A stretch of 62,123 bases of DNA, filler included, from Sluysia triapertura (taxonomy: Eukaryota): NCBI GenBank assembly GCA_046118255.1. It is 5 parts of 5 records of this genome, joined end to end, with 100 filler letters (N's around TTAATTAATTAA, not from the genome) between each part and the next. Parts side by side here need not be neighbours in the genome. Positions count along the whole stretch, not along the records: positions 1 to 12,352 come from JBJNIA010117084.1; positions 12,453 to 23,550 come from JBJNIA010188943.1; 3 more parts are not named here. The stretch is one strand, 5' to 3'. The notes beneath the pieces were generated by a model, which worked only from the letters and a program-made list of their open reading frames with translations, was not told the origin of the DNA and searched no databases. Position 1 is the stretch's first letter. Each line of letters starts with the position of its first letter. Shown piece after piece: positions 1 to 13,190 of the stretch. The position numbers and the translations under genes are program-made.

Positions 1-390
1 AAACATAATTAAGTTTAAACATTCACTTAGTTGCTTATTGATACAAACTTTACTAACCGTTCAACCTCCAATTCATTACACATATTAAAATTTCTATCAA
101 AATTTAAATGCATTTCACAATGTCGCATAACTGAAATTTAAATATCAACAACGTTTTACAATTATAAATTTCCAATTGCAAATTATATTCATCTTTAGAT
201 CTGTTTCTCCTTTATGAACATAATCATCCATATTTTTTAAATTTTCAACTAAATTATTCATGAGATTCTTTTGCCTCTGTAATCATTTACTAAATATAAA
301 TTAAATATAAAGTATTTATTATTAATAAATCATATTCATGCGTTTATCATATTTGTTAAATTTATTTGGTGTACTATTATTAAGATAAAA

Positions 391-994
391 TCATTTAAAA
401 TCTGTTAGTAAATTGCATTTATCAAAATTTAATTTAAAGATGCTTTGATTAAATTTATTAAAAATCGAACAGCAAAAAGAATATAAAAGACATTTATTCA
501 AATAATACTTCAACTGAATTATAATTAAACATTTAAATGTTATTAGTTCATTAAACATAAAATATCTGAATGTGCCTGAACATTTTGTAGGAGAAACTTT
601 AGAAAAACTAATCAACTAAAAGGAAATAATAATAAAATTCAATATACCATACTTGAAATGATACAGAAAATATAACTTCACATCTGGCGTAGAAGATCAA
701 TTTATGAAATGTTGTTGCCATAGTTATATTGTACTGCGTCTAAATAATCCTTAAACAGTTACTTGTATCGTTTGTATTATCTTGGTATTTATAAGTTACA
801 TTTGTGACGTTCGTCAGGATATATTGGATAACGTGCATATATTTTGTTAATGAATGTGTTATTAGACAAAAAACTTGATTTAAAGGTTGTTGAAAAGCTG
901 GTGATAAAATCGTATTATCACTTACAACAATAACATTCTTAATAAGACTCGTGCTGAATTTAATAACTTCTTCAATATCAACAATTTTAATCAT
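391..994 (-). pseudogene. CTH: Cystathionine gamma-lyase-like degenerate copy A (5'-truncated, frameshifted)
   Basis: Minus translation KIVDIEE...VIVVSDNTILSPAFQQPLN...HSLTKYMH matches CTH KVIDIE...VVDNTFMSPYFQRPL...YSATKYMN (PLP lysine). Stop at 740-742 and a frame change before the 391-615 segment. Nucleotide homology to 42605-43100. Confidence 0.7.
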
Positions 995-2107
995 TATAAT
1001 AACTCGAGTTAATAATTGCTCGGTTACTAAAAACTGTCAAAATTGACAGATAAAATACTTAATTGCAATAATGATAATTATAATAATGGTAATTATCATA
1101 ATAATGACAATATTGATGATCATAATAATGATATTAATAATGATGATAATGATTAATAATAATATACATTAATTCCACAACAAATATCTATACTGTTAAG
1201 TGCAATATTGATGGACAACACTGAATATGTAAATGTAAAACATATTTCCTCTTTATAACTACCTGCAAATAAATGATCAAAAACGATTCTTCGTCTAGTG
1301 AATTACAATTTATTTTAGATGGTATTGATGATGATTTACGAGCATTACTAGAAAATAATTGATTGTTATGTGCATAGAACTAAATCCTTAATCACATTCG
1401 AAACCAATCAAAAATGGTGACTGCAATAAATCCCAACTCAAACAAAAGGCTTGTTATAAAGAAATAGACAATCAATTCAGGAAATATGTTTTGTAAAAAT
1501 ATATTGAAATAATATCGTCCATACGTACACTCAAAATATTGTATTGGTTATAAGTGCAAAGTTTAAATAAATAGGCCAGTTTAACATTGAATTTTTTGGT
1601 TAGAAAATATCTTAAACTAAATAAAGCTATCTTCTTAGAATCCCTACTAAAACAATTAATGTAATAATTATTATTATTATATACGTTGAGTTTTACATGC
1701 ATACACTATAAAAGAATCACACATTTCACTTTTGTATGAACTTCTATGAATATTTGAGGTTTTCGACCATTCTACTTCACTATTAACTGAAAGTTCTTAA
1801 TAGTGTGTTGCAAGAAAGTTTTGTTTTACACAATCATAACCGAATTTACGATCTTTCATAATCATGTGATTTCATTCTGCAATTGTTAAATAAAATTACA
1901 TAACCAAAAAATTCTTCTTAAATTGGAAAATACTGTAAAATGAAACAAAGATCAAAATTATTGAAGCAGCATAATTTCGAAACATTTGTTGATTAAAAAT
2001 AATGCACATGATAATAATAATAAAATAAATTAAAAAACATGAAAGAAAGTTGTGATAGAGAATTAATGAAGTTAAAGGAGTTAAAAGAAATTCCATTTAG
2101 TTCATTG

Positions 2108-2220
2108 TTAGCTTTAAATTTAAAATACAAATTTAATGACTTTTGTTGTAAAAAAAACTGATTTTTAATGTAGTGTGATGTATCAAAATTTTGTGTAAAG
2201 GTGTTGGCCACCACAATCAG
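2108..2220. repeat. Dispersed repeat, homologous to 45392-45520
   Basis: aaatacaaatttaatga...gtgtgatgtatcaaaattttgtgtaaaggtgttggccaccaca aligns with aaatacaaatttaatga...gtgtgatgtattaaaattttgtgtaacgatattggccaccaca. Confidence 0.65.
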
Positions 2221-3417
2221 CATTTCTTAGAATTGAACTGTGATACCGTTTAATTTACTATTTGTTTATCAAACGTTTTTATATTTTGTAATTTCATCAT
2301 GCAATTACTTCAATGCTACTCACGAAACTGTTAATCCACTATTGAAAATATTTAAGGAAATAATATAATAATAACATTAATATTAATAAAAATAAAAATA
2401 ATATTAATAGTAAATGATAATATTAAAAATTAAATAATTGTAAAATTATCTACTGAAGTTAGTAAATAATAAGTGGAATAATATATTTCTAAGTATCATA
2501 AAAATAAATTTAATATTATTTTCAAAATAATTATTTACTTACAAAAGTAAGTATTAAAGACAATTTTATTTTAAAGTGGCAGAACGTGATTGAATAGAAA
2601 CTGGTGTGAAAACCAGTGAAAATTTCAATCAAGTTTACAATTTAGTAATTATTTCAATTCAGATTTTGTAATATTAATTGTAGCAGCTATCAGTAATTCG
2701 TCAACATCTTGTTGTTAGTTATTAAGGCAAACCTTAAAATACTGGTAAAATAACATTTGTAACTTAATTCTAATATGTACATATATCACTGACCTCACTA
2801 GGATTCTAGTTGTGTTTTTATTTTTATCACTTTATCATTCATTTATTTTTTACAATTGTTAATTTGATTTAATCATTGTTAAATTTGTATACATCTATAA
2901 GTGTAAACCTCTTAAATTTTTGTAATGAAAATATTAATTACGTATTTTTGTGCATAATTTGGTGTAAGTCAATATAATTTGATGTAAACTCAATATAAAC
3001 ATTAAATAGTGACATTCTACTAAACAAATATTTTACAATATCATAAAATTTTAAGCTATCCATGTATGTAAATACAAATTATGTACGAATTCGATGCTTA
3101 GAATTTAGTTAAATTCACAGGCACATTTATTTCGACTTTTTTGTTAATAAGCAAGACAACAGCATATTCATCAGATACATATATTTAAAATATTTACTTG
3201 GAACATATTTGATTAAATTAGAAAACACTCTTCTTGAGTTTGGGAAATAAAATAAATAATTAAACGATAATATGACACTTAAAAACATTTAGTTTTGGAT
3301 AATTTTATAGATGCAAGTTAGGTACAGAAATTTATTGTCTGAAACGATTAAATTTTGATAAATTAATTTTTATATAATATTAAAAATAACTTTAAATTAT
3401 ACAAATAATATATTTAG

Positions 3418-5024
3418 GTACTTTGATTGGATTAATCTTTCATATGGTATATATAGTTTCTTTGTACAATGAAACTCCAATAAGTACTGAAATTACCGAA
3501 GCAAAATCATCATTAAATGAATTTCCAGCATTAACAATTTGTAGAAATTCGGAATTTTTAAGCTTGGGATCTTTTACCCGCCTAATTTCAAAACCAATAC
3601 CAAATTTCTACAACAAAACATTATATGCATTTATTAAGATATTGTACGGTTATACTAATGCATTCTTTTTCAATCTTTATCCAATTATATATGATTCTTT
3701 ATTAGAAAAAGTTCGTTCGACATATTATCGTCATGTTTCACAACACACAGAGGAACCGCTAATAATTCAATTAAAAAATATATTGGCTTACTGCGAATTC
3801 AATAATCAAATGTGCAATTATACTCATTTTAAATTACATGAATCAGCAGAATTTTTCAATTGTTTTACTTTTGATGTACAAAAATTTACCAATAATTATA
3901 CTATGGCAGTATCCAGTGAAAAAGTCACTCTTAAGCTGCTAATTAACTCACTTTCGGGGGTAGGTGGACGTTCTTATGGGCCTACTGAATTTTCACGTGA
4001 TATTTCATTTATTTATGAAATTCATCCACAAAATACAAGACCAACAATGAAGGATAATGTAATAATTGATACTAGTAAACGATTAATATTTACCGATTTA
4101 ACTCGTTCTGAAGTAACAAAATATTACCTCGAAAGTAGACCATGTTATCGTAATAAAGAAATAAAACAAAAATATGAAATTTTACAACCTAATATCAATT
4201 TAAATATACCGAATCTATTTAAAGTTGGTGTTAAAGAAAAATATTCGACATTCACTCGTCAGGACTGCTTCGACGATGAATGGCAACGCTTATATTTTGA
4301 GAAATGTGCTTGTTTTTCGCCTTTAATATCATTATCAACAAAAGTAGTCAATGAAACTATTCAAGTGTATGGTCAAAACAAATTGAAATGGTGTACAGAA
4401 ACTTCAGTGTTTGATTATTTTCATGATGTAATTGATATTTTTCAAAATTATACCATGACTGTCACTACAATCATCTATAATTTCTACTTTATAATGCCTA
4501 ATAATACAATATATCGAATGGAAAAAGTATTAAACGGTACCGACAATGCAGTGAAATTGAACTGTTTTTTACAAAATACCAACAATCGTACTAATCTAAA
4601 TAATATTTATACCAAATGCATTAAATTTTGTTATCAAGAAGAATATAAAGCCAATTCACTGTTTTTATCATGGGACCAAACAAACGAACAGAAAATTAGC
4701 TTTATTAAATTTTTAAAAAGGTTTGCTCAAATAATCAATCAATCAATTATAAACGACACACCCTTGGACGATGGTTTAACATTTCGTGGATACGATTATT
4801 TTACTTATTTTCAATTCAGTTACGATTTGTCGAAGAAATTGATTGTTCAAGAATTCAACAGTTATCCATTAATTAATTTACTAAGTAATATTGGTGGAAT
4901 ATTAGGTCTTTGGATTGGAGTAAGTATTTTAGTGATTGCAGAAGTTGTTGTTATTTCAAGAACAATTATATGTTTATATCGAGCAAAACAAAAAACAAAA
5001 CCCAAAAAAGACACGTTTGTTTGA
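3418..5024 (+). CDS. DEG/ENaC (amiloride-sensitive Na+ channel family) subunit 1; large terminal exon, N-terminal exon not found
   Basis: 533-aa ORF with the end of TM1, FPALTIC, CFTF, Cys-rich extracellular domain and TM2 LLSNIGGILGLWIGVS (GxS filter). Acceptor tatttag ends at 3417. AATAAA near 5107. Confidence 0.92.
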
Positions 5025-7113
5025 TTGTTTATTTGTTTATTTAAATATTTAGTAATGTAGTATATTTTATGTGAACAATCATGTTTTCACTTCACTGTGA
5101 TACTAAAATAAACGTTTAAATTCTAGGTTTACAAGAAAAATCTGCTAATACTTCCAACCTTCCTAAAAACTGCTAAACAAACGAATAAACCAACACTAAG
5201 AAAATATAATCTGTTCAATGAGAGTAAGAATCGATTATAAAGTGTTCCATTTAAATATTACTTAGGAATTGAATGATTTTATTATTTAAATCAAATCAGA
5301 GAAGTTTTAAATTTATTGAATTTTTTTTGGGAATTTTATTGACTTCAATTCAGAATTTTTGGCATCGTTTTTTTTGAAATTCATTTATTTATTTTAATAT
5401 TTCTTATTATTTTGATTTTTATAAAATGTGCAATTATTATACTAAATCTTGTGAATTTTCAAGCTTTGGTAAGCATTTGAATCGATCTGCTTCATTTATT
5501 TTAAAAACGAATTGATGTTAATGAACAACGATACATTTTTTAAAGATATTTGAATATTATTTTTTTATTTATGATCCATTTTCTTCTATAAACTTTTCTA
5601 TGTACAAATTAAATAAATACATTCTTAAAGTATTTTCCTAAACTTTTATTAATGAAATTTTTGACAGATTTTATTAATCTCATTTGTTTTCAAAAAGACT
5701 TTAAATTCCAGAAAATCGTTTATGTAATTATCTATAAAATTTATCAACACAATATTTCTATCCTAAATTTTAATCATTTTTTGCGTCATCTATAAAATCT
5801 ATCAAAAGATAAATTTCTATTCAAGTATTATTGAATTTTAATCAATTAAACCTTCAACAATGTATCGTGTTTATTATGCCAATTGTTGAAATTACAATGA
5901 ATGGTTTATTATTTACATAACATCAAGTTAATAGTGTTATACTTATTTAGTTAAAATTGTCAATTTAAAAAAATACTCTATTTTTGTATAGTGACACCAT
6001 TTAATATTTGATAGTTAACAAAAGCTTTAAATTATGTTAAATAATGTCAGATAATTTATAATTATACAACTTTTAAATTATGCTAAAATTAGTATCGTAA
6101 ATCGTAGAAGTTCTTTGACTCCTCTCTGTTGTTATAGATAGAAGTGCAACGTTATTAAAATAGATAGGAAATAGATATAAGGGTTATAACTTATAGTGCA
6201 AGAATAAAGTAAGTATTATTACGAAAATAAGATAAAGCATTTAAATCAAAATAAGAGAAGAGAGAACCCTTTATAATGCTTTACTTGTTAAAATATAAAA
6301 GTAAATTAATTTAAAATTTAATTTGATTAAAAATTGTTTAATTAATAACTTCGTGAAAAATAGAATGTAATGTTGAATTTCAACAGTAGTCTTTTATGTC
6401 GAAGTGTTATGAAGCAATTCGACGCAGATAATGTAAAAATTAATTAGTATTTATAATATGAAATTAAATTGATTTTAAATATAATAAATATATATTACAT
6501 TGATGCTTACTAAGAGACTAATTGAAACATGTAATTGAATGAATATCTTTCTGCAATGAAAGTATTTTACAAAAATAAATTTAATTTATTAATTTTAACT
6601 GTTCTAAATAAGTCATCGGTTTTAAAGAAACAACAACCAAATCACAGAAAAACAAAACTCATGTGACTTAATTCTATAGTCTTTCCTTGACATTTATAAT
6701 TCTGAATACCTTACTTACATGTTTGACACGACGGTTTATGATGCAAATATACCGTTGCTTTCTTTATCTTTCTAATAAAATAGACATCCACTTACTACGT
6801 ATTCATTTCTTACTTCTCTGGGTAACGCCTCAATTACTTTATCTTTTCAAACCAAATAAGGCCACAAATTTACTGTTCATTAAACAAATCCAGATATTAT
6901 TCCTCGTTCAACAACTCTCCAAGACCGTCTATGATCGACTGTTATAACATACCCTTTATTGCGTAACCGTCTGAGTTAAATAAAATAAGATGCAATAAAC
7001 TATTTAAACAAACAAAGTCACATTTATCATTTACAGTACTATCAAAATGTTTATTTAAAAAATTGTGTTTAGTATTATTAATTGAGAATCATTTTCTTCT
7101 TTATATCATTTAG

Positions 7114-8797
7114 TCCAACTACCTACAATCGCCGGCAAATAATTAAAGACTTTATCAAAGACTCTTCATTGCATGGAATACCACACTTAATAGCGTCAAA
7201 ACGAAAATCATATCAAATATTTTGGGCACTTGTATTAATCGGATCTTTAATTGGTTTAGCTTTACATTGTGATATGGTTATATCAGTTTATTCATCAAAA
7301 CCGATTTCAATTGAAATGAAATTTGATACAGACAAAGAAGAATTTCCTTCAGTAACTTTCTGCCCCAGTTACTTATTAAGTTATTTATTTTATAATTTAT
7401 ACAAATTAGATAAAAGTGAGTTTTCATATAATGGTTTAAAAAATGCTACTTTCACGTCGATTATTACCAAATCAATTTTATCATTTTGGTCAACACTTTA
7501 TCTCAAAGAAGCTTATAAAATGAATCTGACTAATTTTAATAAAAATTTTTTAATAAATTCCATACAAGAAATGAAATATGGTAGTATAAATCAAAATTTA
7601 ATGGAATTAATTATAGAATTGAAATTGGGCAATATAACAAATCGTGATAATTACAATTTTGTTTTCGGATGTGATTATTCTTATTCTGATTGTAATTTTA
7701 CAAATTTTAAATTAGTTTATCATCCATATTATAAAATTTGCTTCACCTTTACTGATAACGAACAACAGAAACGTTTGGGATTTCCAGAATATTTAAGTGC
7801 ACTAATGTTGTCAAATGACGTAGATATAAAAACAATAAATAGTAATGCACCGTTAAATCTACCTCGAGGAGGTGTTTTTAATGTTCATCCTAATGGAACT
7901 GCACCTATATTTCGATTTCCATACAAATTCAGTCATCATTCAAGATATATTACGACAATATTAAAAAAAGTTGATAAAATCGTTAATTCTGTTATGTATC
8001 CCTGCAATGAAAATGAAAATTACTACATTATTAAACACAATGACCCTATGTTTAGTGGTTCTTATCAAGAAACTCGTTTCGCTTATAGTGTTTCGTTATG
8101 TGAACAATTATATATTCAAAATCAAACAATTCAACAATGTAATTGTTATAATCCATCGTTACCGTTGAGTATTGAATTAGAAAATATGACGAATGCATTA
8201 ATAAGTTGTACTAAATTACCAATCAACTTATTTAAAAATGGTATTGAATTTATCACAATGAATAATACTTATTATATCAGGAATTCAACTAAATCTTATC
8301 AATTTTTTGATGATTATATAAATTCAATAAATGATGGTCCTGAATTTCTTAAACGATTTACGTGCCAATTTTCAATATCGATTAATAAAACTATTGCTAG
8401 AGACGGATTGAAAACTTGTGTCAGCCCGTGTAATAAAATTTCTTATGATATTAAAGTTAATAAAAATATAATACCAATGCATTACCAAACTTATCCCATT
8501 GTGAATATGTTTAATAAACATTTTACACAGTGTACCAATTTAAATATTAGTATTCAAAAATTTAATTATTTTATAAAGAATTACTATTCTGATGAAGGTG
8601 TGTTTCAATATCTTACTGGATTTTATTTTTATTTCATAACTGCCGAAACTGAAGTAGTAACACAAAGTTATGGTTATACTCTGATTGGTTTACTTAGTGA
8701 TTTAGGTGGAGTGCTAGGTTTATGGTTCGGTGTATCAGCTGCAACAATGTTTGAATTTTTGGAAGTTTTGGCTTTATTAATTGTATACAGAAAATAG
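7114..8797 (+). CDS. DEG/ENaC channel subunit 2; nearly whole protein in one exon
   Basis: Pre-TM1 HG motif (SSLHGIPH), FW, TM1, FPSVTFC, CFTF, Cys-rich region, TM2 LLSDLGGVLGLWFGVS. Pyrimidine tract plus acceptor ends at 7113. True start codon not located. Confidence 0.94.
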
Positions 8798-9015
8798 AAA
8801 TCACTAACATATTGATTATCTTAGATTATTTTAAGCACCTTTTTGTTACTTAATACAACATGCATTTGTAATTGTTTGATTTCAGCAAAACAAAATTTAT
8901 TCTAATTTAAATATTAAACGAATTTATTTAAAAATTAGTCAATTTGTTTTCAGTTCTTTATGCCAGATACACAAATTGTAAATTCAATCAAATTTATCAA
9001 TTAAAATTAAATGAA

Positions 9016-9338
9016 TTGTTACCAGAAATAAATTAGTACATAAAATAACGGAAGGAAATAATTAGTTTAAATGAATTAATTAAATTGTCAATAAAATAAA
9101 ATAAGAAGTAAAGTTTATTTCCGTTAATTGTGACTATAAAAGGGTAGTTAAGAAACGAACGAGTATTAAAAAATTTTTAAGAATCTTAATTTGCAAATTT
9201 ATTTGGAGTGATCATTTTGTATCATTTGGAAATGAATTGGAACAGTTTTTACTTTTCCAAATTGATCCAGAAAAAGCAGTAAGATTTTCATCTTACTTGA
9301 AGATTTAAAATATAAGTAAATTTCTTTTATTTGTCACA
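9016..9338 (+). mobile_element. Possible solo-LTR-like element
   Basis: Begins TGTTAC, ends GTCACA, contains TATAAAA and ttgatccagaaaaagc (similar to ttgatccagagaagc near 16930). No clear TSD. Confidence 0.3.
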
Positions 9339-10030
9339 TCTAGTTTAATACTAGATTTAAAATCTGAATAAGAATTTTTATATCATATTAAGTTATTTAC
9401 TTAATGTATTAATTCTTTCACGTTGAATGATAATTCATTTTTTGTATCTTGTCTACTAAATTTTTATAGCAGTTAAATAATATACCTTGAATTGTTATTG
9501 ATTTTGTTTGCATTGTAGGATCAGGTAAATTTAAGTTAGAACATTATTAACATAAAGTTTATAAAAGAATTATAATGAATTGACTAAAAGAATTGGTTAT
9601 TTATGAAGAATAATACAAAAAAAACCCTCTTAATAAATATTATTATAAATCCTATAGATATGTCTTTAACGAGCGGGCCCATAACGATGATTCTTTTTGC
9701 AGATAGTAAAAAGGAATAAAATTACTAGCATTTATTTTACTATGTAAGCAAATTGTTATGTAAACAATTTATTCAGATACGATTAAATTGTTACTTGTTA
9801 TATAATAAAAGTTAGTAAGAACTCTCAAATTAGATTAAGTTTAAAAAGCTGTAACCTTGTCTTTTTTAGGTATGATATAAAACGTCAATGTATATTTACA
9901 AAGTGAGTTTAAGTGAGTGTTTTTAAGAAAGTAACCAGTAGGAACAAGAATTTATCAGTTTATCATACTAAGTAATAATACAAAAATTGATTTGTATTTA
10001 AACTAAAATTGACAATGAGATTTATGAATA

Positions 10031-10470
10031 TGTTAAGTTGTAATCATACACCTTTTAAAATCTTAAAAACCACAAAAATTGAGATAATTTTCAAAAAATA
10101 AAATAAGTTTTCGAAAAAATCAAATAACATTTTTTAAAAAAGAAATCAAAACTTCCAGAACATTCTGGAGTTTTCGAATTTTCATTGATTACGTATAAAG
10201 AAACATAATTAGTCATATAACGCAAATGACGATTTATAATTTAACAATTTGAAAAAGTTATTCTTGGATCCATCGAAATTTTTAACTGGAATTCCATTAA
10301 GTTATTTTTAATAAGGACGTTTTAACTTTCGAAGTTAAAACATTAAAATCATTATAAATCTTTTGATGGAAAAAATTTTAACCCCGGTTTAATGAAAGTC
10401 AAAATCATTCTTTAAAATCCATAAATTATAAAAAATTAAAATAAATATTTTAATTCTAAAAATTAAAACA
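10031..10470 (+). mobile_element. HSE-bearing LTR-like repeat, copy 1 (diverged)
   Basis: TGTTA start, A-rich tract, HSE, TATAAA at 10194, ends AAACA. Downstream 10790-10880 is homologous to sequence downstream of copies 2 and 3. Confidence 0.45.
10152..10199 (+). promoter_or_regulatory. Heat-shock element plus TATA box
   Basis: TTCcaGAAcaTTCtgGAGttTTC (alternating nGAAn units), then TATAAA. Confidence 0.55.
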
Positions 10471-11939
10471 TCAATTGTTATTCTGCACATGTATCTATTA
10501 TTTTTTAGTATCCTTTGTCATGTGTTAATTTTATAATAAAAATTGTGGACAAGCGCTAAAATAGACTGAAATGTAATCTGATCAATTTATACATTAATTT
10601 TGTCATATAAAGTCATTAAAATTTTAACCATTAATTAAGACGTATAATTGTAATAAGACCTTCCATTTAAGAAACTACATTTCTAAGAATAATTAAATTA
10701 ACTTCCGAGAAACGATATTATATTAGAGAAAAACAAATATACATAAGTCAAGGCCTACGAAGTAAACTGAAGAATAATAAGTTAAAAGTTATACTTCATG
10801 ATTTATATTTTATAGTTGTACGCTGTGACTTGTTTATTGTAATCGAATCCTGCTCAAAATTATCTTGCCGTAGGTTAAGAAAACATATCATGTTGTTATG
10901 AATTCCGATCATTTTTTCTAGGATAAATACCGCAAACGATAACTTCCGAAGACAATTGAAACAAATACTTTATTATATATAATTACAATGAATAATGAAT
11001 AAGTTAAACAATTACAATGCATAAATTAAAACAAAAATTAATTAATATATCGTTTATAAACCGTTTGTGTTTCAAAAATATACAACCATTTATCAGAGAT
11101 TGTCTAATAACTTAAAGTTTGAAATATTTAGAGGATGAGAAAGTTATTTAAGAAATATTTCAATGTTTAAAACACTATAAGAGTGTTTGGAAACTTATTT
11201 TATAGTATTTAGAAATTAATTAATTGATTAGTTTATTTATTTATTATTAGAGTAATAACTCCATTTTTGAAAATTGTTGTCTTTTTGTTGCGCCTTGAAT
11301 CCAAATTATTAACTAAAACTCAATATTAATTATCCCAAAAATTGATTTTATTTTCAAATTAAAAAGAACAAATCAATCTATATTAACTACAAAAATCAAA
11401 TATCAGAACAGGAATAAATTAACTAAAAATGATTAAATCTTAATATCAACAATATATCTGTTTATTATCAATGTCAAACACGTAATAATATGTCAAAAAG
11501 AAACCAGAGGTAACTCAACGATTATTAGTATCTACAAATAATTAAAGTCAATAACAATTATATCTATGTTTTGTTAAATATCTTTACTTAACGTAATAAC
11601 CAAAACCTATGAAAATATATTTTAAAAATATAATTCGCCCACAATGTGATTAAAATCACAAGCTAAAAATTAAAAAAATTAAAATTCAACTTAAATATAT
11701 AACTTAAGTTAATTTAAAATAAGCTGAACAAGGTTAAAATCAAATTATCGAAAGAAAAATTTAAACACTTAAAAAGATTCTCAAAATTAAAATGAAATAA
11801 AGTTATAAAATCAAATAAAAATCTATATATCGTTGCCATACCTTATTCAAAAATTAAAAATATAAATAATATCTTTATTTTAAAAGTATAAAATAAATTA
11901 AAATATTAGGCTAATTTGAAATTATAAAATAAACAAAAT

Positions 11940-12352
11940 TCTTACCGTCGACATGGATTTTTTTCATTATATCATCATCATGAATTTTTCATTTTCATTA
12001 AATCATCATGAACGTTCTTGTGTAGAAAAAGATTCTATGTACTCATTTTATATCTCTTTATCGTCCAATCACTCTAAACTTACAATCAGGAATTATCTTT
12101 AAACAAATCATCAAAACCTCTTAAAGATTAAACCGACTATAACCACTTTGACACTTACATGATAAGACCTGTCAAGCAAAACAAAATAATTCGATTAATA
12201 ATCAACTCTCATGTTTTCTTCTACTCTACTCGATCTATTTTTTCATGAATCACTTTTTACATTAAAATAACAATTATTATTATTATTATTGACATACTTA
12301 AAACTAATGAATTTAACTTTAGTTTTTACATTTTAATTAATTTTCAATTCCT
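11940..12352 (-). repeat. Dispersed repeat family X (decayed coding exon ending in a conserved GT donor), copy 1
   Basis: Aligns with 48975-49378 (same strand) and 44455-44740 (opposite strand); ends tccatgtcgacg|gtaag. Confidence 0.7.
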
Positions 12353-12452
12353 NNNNNNNNNNNNNNNNNNNNNNNNNNNNNNNNNNNNNNNNNNNNTTAA
12401 TTAATTAANNNNNNNNNNNNNNNNNNNNNNNNNNNNNNNNNNNNNNNNNNNN
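12353..12452. other. Artificial contig linker (44N-TTAATTAATTAA-44N)
   Basis: Six-frame-stop spacer, identical at four sites. Confidence 0.97.
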
Positions 12453-12977
12453 TCTCTATTTAATCCTACTGTAACATCATTTTATTTTATTTACATAATA
12501 TTCTAAATCTTGTTTTTGAAAAATTTTTTTAATGATATTATTTATTTAATCAACTGCGATAATAGAGTTTAATGTTTGTAAATTTTGATTTCGCATTGTT
12601 TCTATACAATCTCAATTTAAAATGATTATTATTATTTTATTATTAAAATTATTTTTAAATTTTGATCGAATATTATAACCTTAAATTTTAATTTTATATT
12701 ATTCTATCCTATCTTAATTTAAAATGACTTTATTTATTTTATCAGCTGAGATAGTAGATTTTAATATCAGTATTTGCTTTAACAAGTGTAACTAAGTTTT
12801 TTTTATTTTGATATTAATAAAATTTAGAGAAGTTATAAACTTATTTACACTTTGAATTTAAGTAGTATATACTTGCTATCTTAACGTACTAACTTATATA
12901 GTTTTAACATAAGCACAAAAAAATAGAGAACAATATAATAATTACACTGAATGTATTAATTTAAATTTCTACATTTC

Positions 12978-13190
12978 CAGATCCTTTTAAACATTAGGAT
13001 CGTACATAAAATATTTGTTCTAAACTCGCTCTAAAAGTGGAATTTTGAATATTGTTTGCATAAAGCAGCTAACAGTCAATTAACGTACTGTGAATAATTC
13101 ATCTCCATTCTTTCCATTTAACCTTCTGTCGACACTTACGAATTGTCCCGTAATTGAGTAAGCCCAATATCGTAAGGAGCTCACAAATTT
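12978..13190. repeat. Dispersed repeat with GATCC...GGATC hairpin, homologous to 56780-56970
   Basis: ccagatcctt...ggatc and gacacttacgaattgtcccgtaattgagtaagcccaatatcgtaaggagctcacaaa vs gacacctatgaattggcccttaattgtgtaatcccaatatcataagggactcacaaa. Confidence 0.65.

Noticed and set aside
430-870. Plus-strand reading with conserved TGA suggesting an alternative genetic code
   Set aside because: The minus strand encodes the CTH-like protein; the TGAs are antisense shadows of Gln/His codons
7971-8168. Alternative-frame ORF inside DEG/ENaC gene 2 (also 28675-28860 inside STIM-like)
   Set aside because: Short shadow ORFs without independent support
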